DNA of 64,000 nucleotides from Macrostomum lignano (Eukaryota): NCBI GenBank assembly GCA_002269645.1, contig NIVC01003614.1, positions 1 to 64,000 of the forward strand, read 5' to 3'. Shown piece by piece: positions 50,701 to 64,000 of this stretch (position 1 is its first letter; each line of letters starts with the position of its first letter). The notes under the pieces were generated by a model. It saw only the letters and a program-made list of their open reading frames with translations, ran no database searches and was not told where the DNA came from. The position numbers and the translations under genes were made by a program.

Positions 50701-53700
50701 TAATACACTTCATCGGGGAATGCAATCGGTTAGCTGGCTTACTGGTGCCACCCGCCCAGCAACCGCCCGCTCTCTCACCCAGCACAATCGCCAGCGTTTT
50801 TGTTGCCTTCTTTTCCAACCGCGCCGCCGACCTCTCGGCCTTCGTGCCGGCCGACTTTCGCTTCTTCTTTTTGATCTTCATGCGGAAGAGCTGCTGCTGC
50901 GGCTGCTGCTGCTGCGGCTGCTGCTTCTGCTGCTTCTGCTGCTTCTGATGCTTCTGCTGCTTCTTGCCGGCCGGGCCCTCCGTCAGGCGGGTCTCGCAAG
51001 CGTCGCTCTGGGCCCCGCTGTTGTCGGAGGTCGACGGTCCGGCGAAGTTCATGCTCTCGTTTAGCGGTGCCGAGTTATTTGTCGACAAGGTGAAATCGTC
51101 GTCGCCTTCAAGATCAACGACGCCGGACGGGCTGCGACGCGGTTCGCCGCGGCTGACGCTGACGCTGAGGTTGTTCGGCCGCTTCGGATTGGCGCGGACC
51201 AGCAGCAGCGCCTTCTTGGCTGGCGCCGCCGACTGCTTGGCGCCACCCGGATCCAGCCCGTCCGTGTCGTTGTCCTCGTCGGCGGCCACCTTCTGGTTCT
51301 GGTAGATCTTGCCGCGCTTGCCCGCCGCGGCCCGTCTGGCTCTCTGCCAGATGACCTTGAAGATGCGGTAGTACAGCACCAGCATGACGAAGCAGGGGAT
51401 GTAGAAGCTGCCTAGGCTGGAGTAGATCAGGAAGTCTCCGTGGAAAAAGGTGCACGTGTCCTTGAACATGGGCCGGTTGCGAATGCCGTTGAGGTTCTGC
51501 AGGCCGCAGCCGATCGGCAAGGCGATGGCGATGGACAGGAGCCAGGTGGCCGCGATGGTGAAGCGCGTCCGTTTCGAGTTTTTGTGCTTCGAGTACTTGA
51601 TTGGCTGCGTCACTGCGATGAACCTGCGGCGCGGTGGATGCGGGCGAATTTCACTTTGTCAGGCATAGACTGCATTTAAAAGATTAGGCAGTTATACTCT
51701 TTTCACAATAGATTTTAAACTTTTGACTTAATAAGTAGTATAATTAGATTTTTTGCTAAATGAAACAACTTTTGAACTGTTTAGATTTGACCAGCTTGCT
51801 CAACAAATGCTCAACAAACCCAGCTTATTATTTAAGAGGCTCTCCTCAGCCTCTGACCGAGTGTTCAGTCAACATCTATAGTTCGATAAAAGTGCGCAAT
51901 AAGAAGTACATATTTTCGATTGGTTTACTCAAATAGAACTCGATCAGACAAACTAAAAAAATCGAGAAGATTTCCTTGGCAATCTGAGATTCAGCAGCGA
52001 GAGGGAAAAATGCAGAGAAAAATCCAACTTCGTTTCTGCAGCCACTGACTGCTCCGCTGAAATTCGAAACCAGACTCCCAATGAAGCTCTATCTGAACCC
52101 ACTCAGACAGACTTTCCCCCTGTCTGTCCCACTCCTCTTCACCGACTCCGCCACGTCTTCCAACCCAAGGAATTCGAACCCCTCTTAAATGTCCGCTCCT
52201 CGTCTCGGGAAGGTAATTAGATGAATAACCTGGATAGTACAGCAAATATTTGTCTGTCGGTTCACGGACGCGTTTTGAACAATATTTTAAAATGGCCCGT
52301 AAAGTCAAAGGCCATTGAGCCCCAACCCAAATGAACATCCGACAGCTAACATGAGGCCATAGACTATTAAGCTCCAATCGAAATGCACATCAGACAGCTA
52401 ACATGAGGCCATAGACTATTGAGCTCCAATCAAAATGCACATCAGGCAGCTAACATACATGTAAGGCCATAGACTATTGAGCTCCAATCAAAATGCACAT
52501 CAGGCAGCTAACATAAGGCCATAGACTATTGAGCTCCAATCAAAATGCACATCAGGCAGCTAACATAAGGCCATAGACTATTGAGCTCCAATCAAAATGC
52601 ACATCAGGCAGCTAACATAAGGCCATAGACTATTGAGCTCCAATCGAAATGCACATCAGGCAGCTAACATAAAGCCATAGACTATTGAGCTCCAATCAAA
52701 ATGCACATCAGGCAGCTAACATGACGCCATAGACTATTAAGCTCCAATCAAAATGCACATCAGACAGCTAACATGAGGCCATAGACTATTGAGCTCCAAT
52801 CAAAATACACATCAGGCAGCTAACATAAGGCCATAGACTATTGAGCTCCAATCGAAATGCACATCAGGCAGCTAACATAAAGCCATAGACTATTGAGCTC
52901 CAATCAAAATGCACATCAGGCAGCTAAAATGAGGCCATAGACTATTGAGCTAAAATCAAAATGCACATCAGGCAGCTAACATGACACCATAGACTATTGA
53001 GCTCCAATCAAAATGCACATCAGACAGCTAAAATGAGGCCATCGACTATTGAGCTCCAATCGAAATGCACATCAGGCAGCTAACATAAGGCCATAGACTA
53101 TTGAGCTCCAATCAAAATGCACATCAGACAGCTAACATGAGGCCATAGACTATTGAGCTCCAATCAAAATGCACATCAGGCAGCTAAAATGAGGCCATAG
53201 ACTATTGAGCTCCAATCAAAATGCACATCAGGCAGCTAAAATGAGGCCATAGACTATTGAGCTCCAATCGAAATGCACATCAGGCAGCTAAAATGAGGCC
53301 ATCAACTATTGAGCTCCAATCGAAATGCACATCAGCCAGCTAACATAAGGCCATAGACTATTGAGCTCCAATCAAAATGCACATCAGACAGCTAACATGA
53401 GGCCATAGACTATTGAGCTCCAATCAAAATGCAAATCAGACAGCTAACATGAGGCCATAGACTATTGAGCTCCAATCAAAATGCAAATCAGACAGCTAAC
53501 ATGAGGCCATAGACTATTGAGCTCCAATCAAAATGCAAATCAGACAGCTAACATGAGGCCATAGACTATTGAGCTCCAATCAAAATGCAAATCAGACAGC
53601 TAACATGAGGCCATAGACTATTGAGCTCCAATCAGAATGCACATCAGGCAGCTAACATGAGGCCATAGACTATTGAGCTCCAATCAAAACGCACATCAGC

Positions 53701-56527
53701 CAGCTAATTAAGCTCCATAAATCACTTTGCACTTTTAAACCGTTGGGTCCTAACTTTTTAACTAGCTCTCTTAGCAAAGGAAACGACTTGAAAAATTCAG
53801 CTCTAGACGCTATCGGACTCTAAAAAAGCTTTTCTCAGGCAAGAGGCAATCGTAAGTTGACTATTTTATGTGCCTTTGCCTCGCACGACCCAAAGTTTAT
53901 GTTACCAATGCTTTACTGAAGACATATAGGATATACTAAGTAATAATGCACTGTGGTGTAGCTCACGCTGTGCACAGGCAGGTTTTAATGTTATCCTGCA
54001 GATTCGGTACGGCCATTTCTATTTTGCATAAGCTCCAGCATAGCTGTGTGTATGCAGCAAATACGATAGAGCCCTGTTTTACAGTCGCGTGTAAATTCAG
54101 GGCCAAGGGGGACCGCGCAGATGTGGGTTATCCCGGCGATTGAGATGCAAAAAAACTGTTTTACAGCTTTGCGTGTTGGATGAGCAATTGGAATATTTTG
54201 CCTCCTGCCATATTTTTACTAGCTGCTTTTGTGTCACTTGCAGCTAAAAGCTCATTGCTCACTGTCAGTAGCTCACTGCTCACTGTCAGTAGCTCACTGC
54301 TCACTGTCAGTAGCTCACTGCTCACTGTCAGTAGCTCACTGCTCACTGTCAGTAGCTCACTGCTCACTGCTCACTGTCAGTAGCTCACTGCTCACTGTCA
54401 GTAGCTCACTGCTCACTGCTCACTGCTCACTGTCAGTAGCTCACTGCTCACTGCTCACTGCTCATTGCTCACTGTCAGTAGCTCCCTGCTCACTTTCAGT
54501 AGCTAACCGGATATTGCATTACCTGGGTCATTAGTTTAGCATTAATTTTAGTATGTCTGGTACAGTTTGGCCAGTTGAAAGTCAAGCAGTGCAGCTACAC
54601 GCATATGGATGCCCAATCAGCGCAGGCAAAGCCTATAGTTGTACGAGTAGCGTGGAGAGCAGTTCAAACAGTGTTCAGACCTGCTTGCTCTGCAATTATC
54701 TTGATTAACTGCCCGCTTCATCAGATTTACCTATGGCGGAGCGAGATTTGTTGCTATGGGCAGGCAGGACATTGATGTTTCAGCAATGCTTGTAAATCAT
54801 GATGAGCATTGAAGATATCCCATCCCTACCTTCCCAACTCGGTACCAGAGCAGCAGGTCACTGAGACAGCTGTGACAGCCTGCGATCAGGGCTGACGGCC
54901 AAGAAGTGAGCAATATTTCTTATAGAAGTTTCAGAGCGCAACAGGAGTTCCCACTGTCCTTAGTTTTGGCAAAGAAGGGAAACGACCTTTCCTGATTTAC
55001 TTAAAATGTACGCAAAAACTTTGAAGCCAGTGTAATCACTTAAATGAGCTACAATATTTCATTTTGGTTTCTGCACAGACAGGAACAGACACTGAGACAG
55101 ACACAGACACAGACACAGACAGACACAGACACAGACACAGACAGACACAGACACAGACACAGACACAGGCAGACACAGACACAGGCAGACACAGACACAG
55201 GCAGACACAGACACAGAAAGAGACAGACACAGACACAGACACAGACACAGACACAGACACAGACACAGACACGGACACAGACACAGACACAGACACGGAC
55301 ACAGACACGGACACAGACACGGACACAGACACAGACACAGACACAGACACGGACACAGACACAGACACAGGCAGACAGAGACACGCAAAAGACACCGCTG
55401 CAATTAAGCTAATGAATGCGGGGCAGGCAGATTTTGCAAAGCTAATGCAATTTCCTAAGCCAGAGTTTGGGGCGCTGATTTCATTCCGGGGTTTATTTTT
55501 ACACGCCGTTCTACCTTGACTGCCGGGAGGGGGGCGAACCAATCCGATCAAATATTCGATAGATTGCAATTTCCTCAGCCCGGATACAATCAGATAAAAG
55601 TATGCAGAATCTCATTGCCGGGCACTCGGACTGGCTTCAGGCACGGGCCAGAGGTGAGAGAGCTCGGTAGGGACACCGTGGATGAGCAATTTTTATCTAA
55701 GCTGTTTATTTTATCGTAAAAATGCGTTCCGCGAATTGTTCCCTTTTTGTAACTCTTCCATAGCAACTGAACCTTCGCCATAGAAACTGAACCTTCTCCA
55801 TAGCAACTGAACCTTCTTCGTAGCAACTGAACCTTCTCCATAGCAACTGAACCTTCTTCATAGCAACTGTACCTTCTCCATAGCAGCTGAACCTTCACCA
55901 TAGCAACTGAACCTTCTTCGTAGCAACTGAACCTTCTTCATAGCAACTGTACCTTCTCCATAGCAACTGAACCTTCACCATAGCAACTGAACCTTCTTCG
56001 TAGCAACTGATCCATCACCATGGCAACTGTTTCATTACCATAGTAATTGTTCCATCCCCATAGCAACTGTTCCATCTCCATAACAACTGATCCATCACCA
56101 TAGCAACTGTTTTATCACCATAGCAACTGTTCCATCACTATAGCAACTGTTCCAGCACTATAGCAACTGTTCCATTTCCATAGCAACTGTTCCATCATCA
56201 TAACAACTGATCCATCACCATAGCAAATGTTCCATCCACATAGCAACTGTTCTAGCACTATAGCAACTGTTCCATCATATCAAGTGTTCCATCCACATAG
56301 CAACCGATCCATCACCATAGCAACTGTTTCATCACCATAGCAACTGTACTTTTTCCGCAGTAGTTTTACTACCTTAGCCTCGCGAAGCTATCACTTGTGT
56401 ATTCTGTCTCTCACCTGTCGATGCTAATGGCAACCAGGTTGAGGATTGACGCAGTAGAGAACAAGGCGTCGCACATGATCCACAGGTCGCACAGAATCTT
56501 TGCTAACGGCCACACTCCGTCCATTAC
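47795..56527 (-). CDS. DRD2-like: D2-like dopamine receptor (class A GPCR), partial TM3-TM7. Exons 56527-56415, 51623-50779, 48027-47795; TM1-2 not found in the window
   Basis: [26 protein letters not shown] (Asp3.32, DRF across the splice); [18 protein letters not shown] typical of invertebrate D2-like receptors; TM5 [10 protein letters not shown]; long third loop; [23 protein letters not shown]; [25 protein letters not shown]; very short tail. Phases 2 and 1 match. Confidence 0.9.
48785..49372. repeat. ~40-45-bp minisatellite GAGGCTGTCACACAGACAGGAGTCTGAGGCTGTGTGAGTGTGGAT
   Basis: Direct reading. Confidence 0.92.
49973..50142 (+). mobile_element. SINE family A copy with 59-nt internal deletion
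   Basis: tRNA-like head and 3' part align to the reverse complement of 30600-30850. Confidence 0.85.
50330..50640 (-). mobile_element. Diverged SINE family B-related copy
   Basis: Shares GCCCATTCCGC...CCTGAGCA...CAAGCGCGC...GTGTAC(A/T)GCAGCCCT...AGGCATGTACACT with 2765-2885. Degenerate A/B boxes on the minus strand near 50580-50640. Confidence 0.6.
52340..53705. repeat. 52-bp minisatellite GAGGCCATAGACTATTGAGCTCCAATCAAAATGCACATCAGGCAGCTAACAT, ~26 copies
   Basis: Direct reading. Confidence 0.95.
54250..54500. repeat. 21-bp minisatellite CTCACTGTCAGTAGCTCACTG
   Basis: Direct reading. Confidence 0.93.
55075..55382. repeat. (GACACA)n microsatellite
   Basis: Direct reading. Confidence 0.95.
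55755..56345. repeat. 20-bp minisatellite TAGCAACTGAACCTTCTCCA grading into TAGCAACTGTTCCATCACCA
   Basis: Direct reading. Confidence 0.92.
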
Positions 56528-56784
56528 CTGACAATGGTAACAAAATATGAGTAGAAATAATTATCAATATAACAGGTCTGTAGACTGACAGGGCGGGACT
56601 CAAAGAAATTTATCCCAAATCGATCTCATACTGGCACGCTCGGTCGAGCAACAGAAACAGCTCCTCTGTCTAATGTAACAAAAATAAAATTCCCATTTTC
56701 GACTGGATAAGCGTCGTTTGGCACCCGTTGCAGGTGCGAAAGATTTTTTGTTGCGTCTCCATTTGCATCACTGCCGAAGTCATG

Positions 56785-58290
56785 CTTATATTTTTATATC
56801 TACCATTGAATCCGCGTCTACCTTTCTTATATCTACCATTGAATCCGCGTCTACCTTTCTTATATCTACCATTGAATCCGCGTCTACCTTTCTTATATCT
56901 ACCATTGAATCCGCGTCTACCTTTCTTATATCTACCATTGAATCTGTGTCTACCTTTCTTATATCTACCATTGAATCCGCGTCTACCTTTCTTATATCTA
57001 CCATTGAATCCGCGTCTACCTTTCTTATATCTACCATTGAATCCGTGTCTACCTTTCTTATATCTACCATTGAACCCGTGTCTACTATTCTTATATCTAC
57101 CATTGAATCCGCGTCTACCTTTCTTATATCTACCATTGAATCCGTGTCTACCTTTCTTATATCTACCATTGAATCCGCGTCTACCTTTCTTATATCTACC
57201 ATTGAATCCGTGTCTACCTTTCTTATATCTACCATTGAATCCGCGTCTACCATTCTTATATCTACCATTGAATCCGCGTCTACCTTTCTTATATCTACTA
57301 TTGAACCCGTGTCTACTATTCTTATATCTACCATTGAACCCGTGTCTACTATTCTTATATCTACCATTGAATCCGCGTCTACCATTCTTATATCTACCAT
57401 TGAATCCGCGTCTACCTTTCTTATATCTACTATTGAACCCGTGTCTACTATTCTTATATCTACCATTGAACCCGTGTCTACTATTCTTATATCTACCATT
57501 GAATCCGCGTCTACCTTTCTTATATCTACCATTGAATCCGTGTCTACTATTCTTATATCTACCATTGAATCCGCGTCTACCTTTCTTATATCTACCATTG
57601 AATCCGCGTCTACTATTCTTATATCTACCATTGAATCCGCGTCTACCTTTCTTATATCTACCATTGAATCCGTGTCTACCTTTCTTATATCTACCATTGA
57701 ATCCGCGTCTACCTTTCTTATATCTACCATTGAATCCGTGTCTACCTTTCTTATATCTACCATTGAATCCGCGTCTACCTTTCTTATATCTACCATTGAA
57801 TCCGCGTCTACCTTTCTTATATCTACCATTGAATCCGCGTCTACCTTTCTTATATCTACCATTGAATCCGTGTCTACTATTCTTATATCTACCATTGAAT
57901 CCGCGTCTACCTTTCTTATATCTACCATTGAATCCGCGTCTACCTTTCTTATATCTACCATTGAATCCGCGTCTACCATTCTTATATCTACCATTGAATC
58001 CGCGTCTACCTTTCTTATTTCTACCATTGAATCCGTGTCTACCTTTCTTATATCTACCATTGAATCCGCGTCTACCATTCTTATATCTACCATTGAACCC
58101 GTGTCTACTATTCTTATATCTACCATTGAATCCGCGTCTACCTTTTTATATCTACCATTGAACCCGTGTCTACTATTCTTATATCTACCATTGAACCCGT
58201 GTCTACTATTCTTATATCTACCATTGAATCCGCGTCTACCTTTCTTATATCTACCATTAAATCCTATTCTACCCTTTCTTATCTACCATC
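56785..58290. repeat. 33-bp minisatellite CTACCATTGAATCCGCGTCTACCTTTCTTATAT, ~45 copies
   Basis: Direct reading. Confidence 0.96.
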
Positions 58291-58999
58291 GAGCTTAAAT
58301 CTACCGTTTGCTATTCAATTTTGAATCTACAAGCAAGTCAATTTTTATTTTAAACTTTACCTCGCAAACATTTCAGCCAATTTTTCATTTTATTCCTCAT
58401 TTAATTTCTATTTTTCATTTTTCCAGTTGATAAATAAGCCCATTAAAATTTGCATTGATGGATCAATTGTTGCCAATTGTTGCCAATCAAGCATGCAACT
58501 TTTTGCTTTACCCAATTCTAAAAATCGATTCAATGCATTTGAATTTAATTGTTTCAATCCAGTTGCAGAGAAAACTCTCGGGGGAAAAATCATCCCATTT
58601 ATAACTTGGCCTCCATAAACTTGTTCAACAATGGGTTTGAGTTGGATCCCGCGTTGTTCTGAGCAAGCTCTCTGTCAATCGAACTCAAAACTAAAAAAAC
58701 GAAATAAAAATTTGAATAAAAAGTTGTTTTTTTTCAAATTCATTCTCTGCGTCATGCACTCCATCAAATTGAGCACCCGCGCTCTCCCTGACCCCCTCTC
58801 TTTAGAGCGGGTGACACATTCGTAACTTCGGTTTAGTTGAGGTGAACTGGGCTTTGATCCACTTGGTCTAACTTTAAAGCTGAATATAAATTTACGGTAT
58901 TTAAGTACAAACTCATGGCACTACTTGCCGGCGCTAAATTAGCGCTAAAATCTTGTCTGTCGGTGCTAAAATCGATGGTTTAAGAGGTGAAAAATCAAC

Positions 59000-59495
59000 C
59001 AGCAAGGGCACTGATAACGGGGGCAGACAGAAAATAAAAATAAAAAAGTTCGGGGGGGCGCACTGATAGCGGGGCAGACAGAAAATAAAAAGAAAAAGAA
59101 AAAAGTTGGGGGAAGGGGCGCACTGATAGCAGGGCTGACAGAAAATAAACAAGTTGGGGGAGCACTGATAGCGGGCAGACAGAAAATAGACAACTTGGGG
59201 GGGGGCACTGATAGCGGGGCAGACAGAAAATAAACAAGTTGGGGGGCGCGCTGAAAGCGGGGCAGACAGAAAATAGACAAGTTGGGGGGGCGGGGCAGAC
59301 AGAAAATAAACAAGTTGGGGGGGCGCACTGATAGCAGGGCAGACAGAAAATAAACAAGTTGGGGGGGAGCACTGATAGCGGGGCAGACAGCAAATAAACA
59401 AGTTGGGGGGGTGCACTGATAGCGGGGCAGACAGAAAATAAACAAGTTGGGGGGGGCGCACTGATAGCGGGGCGGACAGAAAATAAACAAGCTGG
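59000..59495. repeat. ~40-bp minisatellite GCACTGATAGCGGGGCAGACAGAAAATAAACAAGTTGGGGG
   Basis: Direct reading. Confidence 0.9.
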
Positions 59496-60384
59496 GGCGG
59501 TTTGAACGCAAGGCACGACTTGACGATACGAGCGTAGACGGAAGGTATGGGTTGGAAGGGCGCTTTGGATGGGGTTCAACGTACAGATAAGAAAAATCGA
59601 TACACGGTTTTTTAAATCGGCTTTGGAAGGGGCCATTTACATCGCCTAATTTTGTTTCATTTTAACGCAAAAGTGGATGTTTAAAACTTTCTGGCGATGC
59701 CAAAATTTCGGTCTTGTGAAGCACCGGGGCTTCGGAAATTAGGGACTTCACATAAAATGATGAAAGGCCGAATTCTGCGGCAGGGTGTAAACTGAAAACA
59801 GCTGTCTGAGAAGGGGCAGTTCGGGGAAGAGCTGCCACTCCAGGGGTCTGGCTGGCTGTGGGCCACCTTGAATGCGCAAAGGTTAAAGTTTCTCAAGCGG
59901 GGACAAAAGCGAGGGCAAAGGCCCCGGACTCAGCCGCTCCAACAACTCCGCTGGGACCCATTTCCGGACTCAATCAGAGAACTGCGACCCCATGCCATTC
60001 AATTACCCACCTGGCCTAGTCGGACAGCTCAACACTGTCCGGTCTGGCTGCTCCCCATGACTCCCTTCTGCCCTTCTCTCGCTGCAAGACATCACATCAG
60101 GTCCTTGATCGGCACAGCGGCGGGCCTCACAATGGGGAGGGCTGTTAGGGAGGCTGAGGCATTTCCACAGCAGCCTACAGCAGCGATCAAAGAATTAGCA
60201 CTTCACCCGGCTACATTGGACTAATTCTGACCCGCGTAAAAAAGCTAACCAGAGGTGTCTAATCTCACCTGGCCTTGGGGCAAACTCAACAACAAAGGCG
60301 TTCACAGTTCGAATACCGAAATAAGACAATGTCTGGACTGACCTGTCTTGCTGACAACTAAATGTACTGCCTCTACAGAATACT

Positions 60385-60860
60385 AATCCCTCCGCTTCCT
60401 GATCCCTCCGCTTCCTGATCCCCTCCGCTTCCTGATCCCCTCCGCTTCCTGATCCCCTCCGCTTCCTGATCCCCTCCGCTTCCTGATCCCCTCCGCTTCC
60501 TGATCCCCTCCGCTTCCTGATCCCCTCCGCTTCCTGATCCCCTCCGCTTCCTGATCCCCTCCGCTTCCTGATCCCCTCCGCTTCCTGATCCCCTCCGCTT
60601 CCTGATCCCCTCCGCTTCCTGATCCCCTCCGCTTCCTGATCCCCTCCGCTTCCTGATCCCCTCCGCTTCCTGATCCCCTCCGCTTCCTGATCCCCTCCGC
60701 TTCCTGATCCCCTCCGCTTCCTGATCCCCTCCGCTTCCTGATCCCCTCCGCTTCCTGATCCCCTTCCGCTTCCTGATCCTCTCCGCTTACTGATCCCCTC
60801 CGCTTCCTGATCCCCTCCGCTTCCTGATCCCCTCCGCTTCCTGATCCCCTGATTCCCTGA
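60385..60860. repeat. 17-bp minisatellite CCTGATCCCCTCCGCTT
   Basis: Direct reading. Confidence 0.95.
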
Positions 60861-61394
60861 TCCGCTCTCCTCTCCGCTCTTTTCCCTTCTTGTAAGGAAG
60901 GCAGCGGCAAGTTGTTGGATTTAAAAGGACAGTCCCCCCCCTCAGTTCGACATGCGAACCCTCCGGAAGTTGGGAAATTGTCTGGGCGAGCTGAGCTCCC
61001 TTCCTCCCACCAAACTCCCCGTGCCCAGGCAACACTTCTCAATCCGATCCGATCGTTGTTCTGCTCAGCCGATAGAAAGATTTTGCCATTTTGGGAAGAA
61101 AAGTAATATAAAAAAGGATCAAAGAATTGCCGACTTTGGAGGTTGCTCTACATTTATTCGGTGCAAAAACTGCGGTCCCCGCGTTTGCACTGGCATTACC
61201 GATCCGCCCCCATGCCAACCGGTGCCTGCCCAGCGTGTAATTGATCGCTTCCTTGCAGAAAAACTAAATAGAGCTTTGCGACTCCGGTTTCTTGGAAACA
61301 ATACCGAAATAAAACAATGTCTGGACTATCCTGCCTTGCTGACTACAAAATGTGCTGCCTCTACTGAATACTAATCCCTCCGCTTAAACATAAA

Positions 61395-62247
61395 TAGACT
61401 CCGGTTTCTTGAAAACAACTTGCGGACATACTCCGGTTTCTAGGAAACAACTTGTGGAAATACTCCGGTTTCTAGGAAACAACTTGCGGACATACTCCGG
61501 TTTCTAGGAAACAATTTGCGGGCATAGATAGACTCTGGTTTCTAGGAAACAATTTGCGGGCACAGATAGACTCCGGTTTCTATGAAACAATTTGTGGACA
61601 TAGATATACTCCGGTTTCTATGAAACAATTTGTGGACATAGATATACTCCGGTTTCTAGGAAACAACTTGTGGAAATACTCCGGTTTCTAGGAAACAACT
61701 TGCGGACATACTCCGGTTTCTAGGAAACAATTTGCGGGCATAGATAGACTCTGGTTTCTAGGAAACAATTTGCGGGCACAGATAGACTCCGGTTTCTATG
61801 AAACAATTTGTGGACATAGATATACTCCGGTTTCTATGAAACAATTTGTGGACATAGATATACTCCGGTTTCTATGAAACAATTTGTGGACATAGATATA
61901 CTCCGGTTTCTATGAAACAATTTGTGGACATAGATATACTCCGGTTTCTATGAAACAATTTGTGGACATAGATATACTCCGGTTTCTAGGAAACAATTTG
62001 CGGACATAGATATACTCCGGTTTCTATGAAACAATTTGCGGACATAGATATACTCCGGTTTCTAGGAAACAATTTGCGGACATAGATATACTCCGGTTTC
62101 TAGGAAACAATTTGCGGACATAGACTGACTCCGGTTTCTTGGAAACAATTTGCGGACATAGATATACTCCGGTTTCTAGGAAACAATTTGCGGACATAGA
62201 TATACTCCGGTTTCTAGGAAACAATTTGCGGACATAGATAGACTCCA
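61395..62247. repeat. ~38-bp minisatellite GATATACTCCGGTTTCTAGGAAACAATTTGCGGACATA
   Basis: Direct reading. Confidence 0.93.
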
Positions 62248-63869
62248 AACCTACATTGTCATCATATTTTTTACTCCTGACTGGATTTCACTGAGTTGCA
62301 CGATATTCTGTTTAAAAAAAACTTGCTCCTATAAATAACACCAGTTTCCATCTTTTTAACGATTTTTACCACACGCCAATTATCATTTCTCAAAACTTTA
62401 TTGAACTTGCATGCCCTGTTCCAATAAAACGTGTGTCATTTATAAAAAAACATATTCAACTTTAAAGCAAAATCAAATTCTTCAAAATCTGTTGTATTTC
62501 TGTTCGGAAATCATCGAGAGGATTCTGTCTTCCTCGCCTATCTTGCCCAGATACTTCTTGGCAACGAGCTGGCCTGGGTTGAAGGCCACCTGGGGCCCAA
62601 ATTTTGCGGAGTCTCTTCCTTCTTCATCTTCAATCGATCTTAAAGCCTCGGCGGTCACCTCCCCTATGCGCTGCCTACAGCGGAATGGACTGTACACCTT
62701 GAGTTGCGGCAGCATGGCAGCACGATCGAACGTCCGCTACCCAGTGACGTCATGGAGAGTTCCACCGCAGCACAGCTGGATACTTGACCCCAGGTCTGAG
62801 CCGAAGGGTTTAGCGGGGATTAACAGCAGATCAGCGGCAGAGTGCGGGAATTTGAGTAATCATCGTACAGCTCCCAAGTGGAAGGATCCCGCGAGCAGCT
62901 CCCGCAGGAAGCCGGGGGGACCCAGAGTGCAGGCAGCTCTGGCCTAATGGATTTCCTTATTTCCCTGCGAGGTACTGACTGCGGACTCCTCTGATGAAAA
63001 AATCGCTGTAATCCGCCGCCAGTTTGGGAAAACTGTGTATGTAAACTCACTCGGCAGTGCGCGCCCCGGCCCAGCGGCTAATAGCATCGAGATCTCCCAC
63101 TTCTCGACCATGGGGGGGGGGGCAAATCCCATTTGAGCGGCCCCCGGGGGCGGGATATCTCGGGCATTGGGCAGGGCCTCGTTTTCTCTTTTTCTCGCCG
63201 CTTCTTGTCCCCCCCGGACCCCCCAAATATATCTAACGACGTCATTTAACCAGTTCCGTGTCGCCGGACTCCCTCCCCAGCCTCCTCTGCCCCTTCCAGT
63301 TCTGCCCGCACGATCCCAGAAATTCCCCCACGCAGTCCAGGCGGTTCCAGAATTTCACTTGCTTGAGAATAAATAAAAAATAAAGATTCATTACTGGCTC
63401 TATCGCTCGTCCGCTTCGTTCTCATTATTCCTCTGACAGGCCCACTGCTTGAATAATAGCCTGCTGTAGAGCAGCTGAATGGCCCATCTTCATCATTATA
63501 TATTGTGCTTCATCCGGAAGTCGGCAGCTGAGCTTGCAGGTGGAGCTGCAAGGTAGAACTTCAGGCTCTTGACGGGCTTGTGCAAGGGTGCGTTTTAATA
63601 AACCCTGGCGCGGAATGGATGAGGGCGGGAGTCTGGGGGGAGAGATGAAGCTGGTTCTGCAGCCAACCAGACCGGAAGCTGCTGCGCGCATCAGCGCGGA
63701 GTCTTGGAGGCTGGAGGACGGCGCCCGAATGAAGTCGCCACAATGTCACAGAGACTGGCCTGTCTCATCCCTCTTAAGACGCGACCCAATCTGCCTCCGC
63801 TTCAACTTATAGGCAATTTATCTACTCTTCAGCCCAACTTCTATCCTTCATCGCTATCGAGGCTTAACA

Positions 63870-63970
63870 ATGCTAACGATAGGAGAGTCGGGGCCGTTGT
63901 ACACCTGTGCGTACGCATCCGTGAGCCTGTGTGTGCTCAGGGGCCAGCGGAATGGGCATGAATGCTTGCC
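63870..63970 (+). mobile_element. Fragment of the SINE family B central domain
   Basis: CTAACGATA...TGTACACC...GTGTGTGCTCAGGGGCCAGCGGAATGGGCA aligns to the reverse complement of 2765-2870. Confidence 0.6.
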
Positions 63971-64000
63971 ACCTCCCTGACTGCAAAATGACTACATATC

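Noticed and set aside
56528-64000. TM1-TM2 exon of the dopamine receptor; ORFs 62411-62947 and 62482-62715
   Set aside because: No GN..V or SLA.AD motif seen in any frame examined, and the ORFs resemble nothing I recognise. The 5' exons probably lie beyond the window.

Overview
Eukaryotic (metazoan) genomic DNA with GC-rich exons and introns packed with micro/minisatellites. This style suggests a free-living flatworm such as Macrostomum (inference only). Six protein-coding loci are reconstructable by hand from GT-AG junctions and reading phase: ZNF622/Rei1 (+), 5-aminolevulinate synthase (+), an intronless 312-aa coiled-coil protein with a hydrophobic hairpin and CaaX tail (+), a two-exon neuropeptide precursor with 19 copies of AGAWNSGF-GKR (+, missed by the ORF track), a 7-exon Mint/X11/LIN-10 adaptor (-), and the TM3-TM7 part of a D2-like dopamine receptor (-). 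Mobile DNA: a MITE with 8-bp TSD, a decayed hAT-type element with 6-bp TSD and a solo LTR both inserted in one intronic minisatellite, and two tRNA-derived SINE families. Most long ORFs in the supplied track are artefacts of tandem repeats. Best leads: the WNSGFamide precursor and the prenylated pore-former-like protein. All alignments and counts were done by eye; repeat boundaries are approximate.
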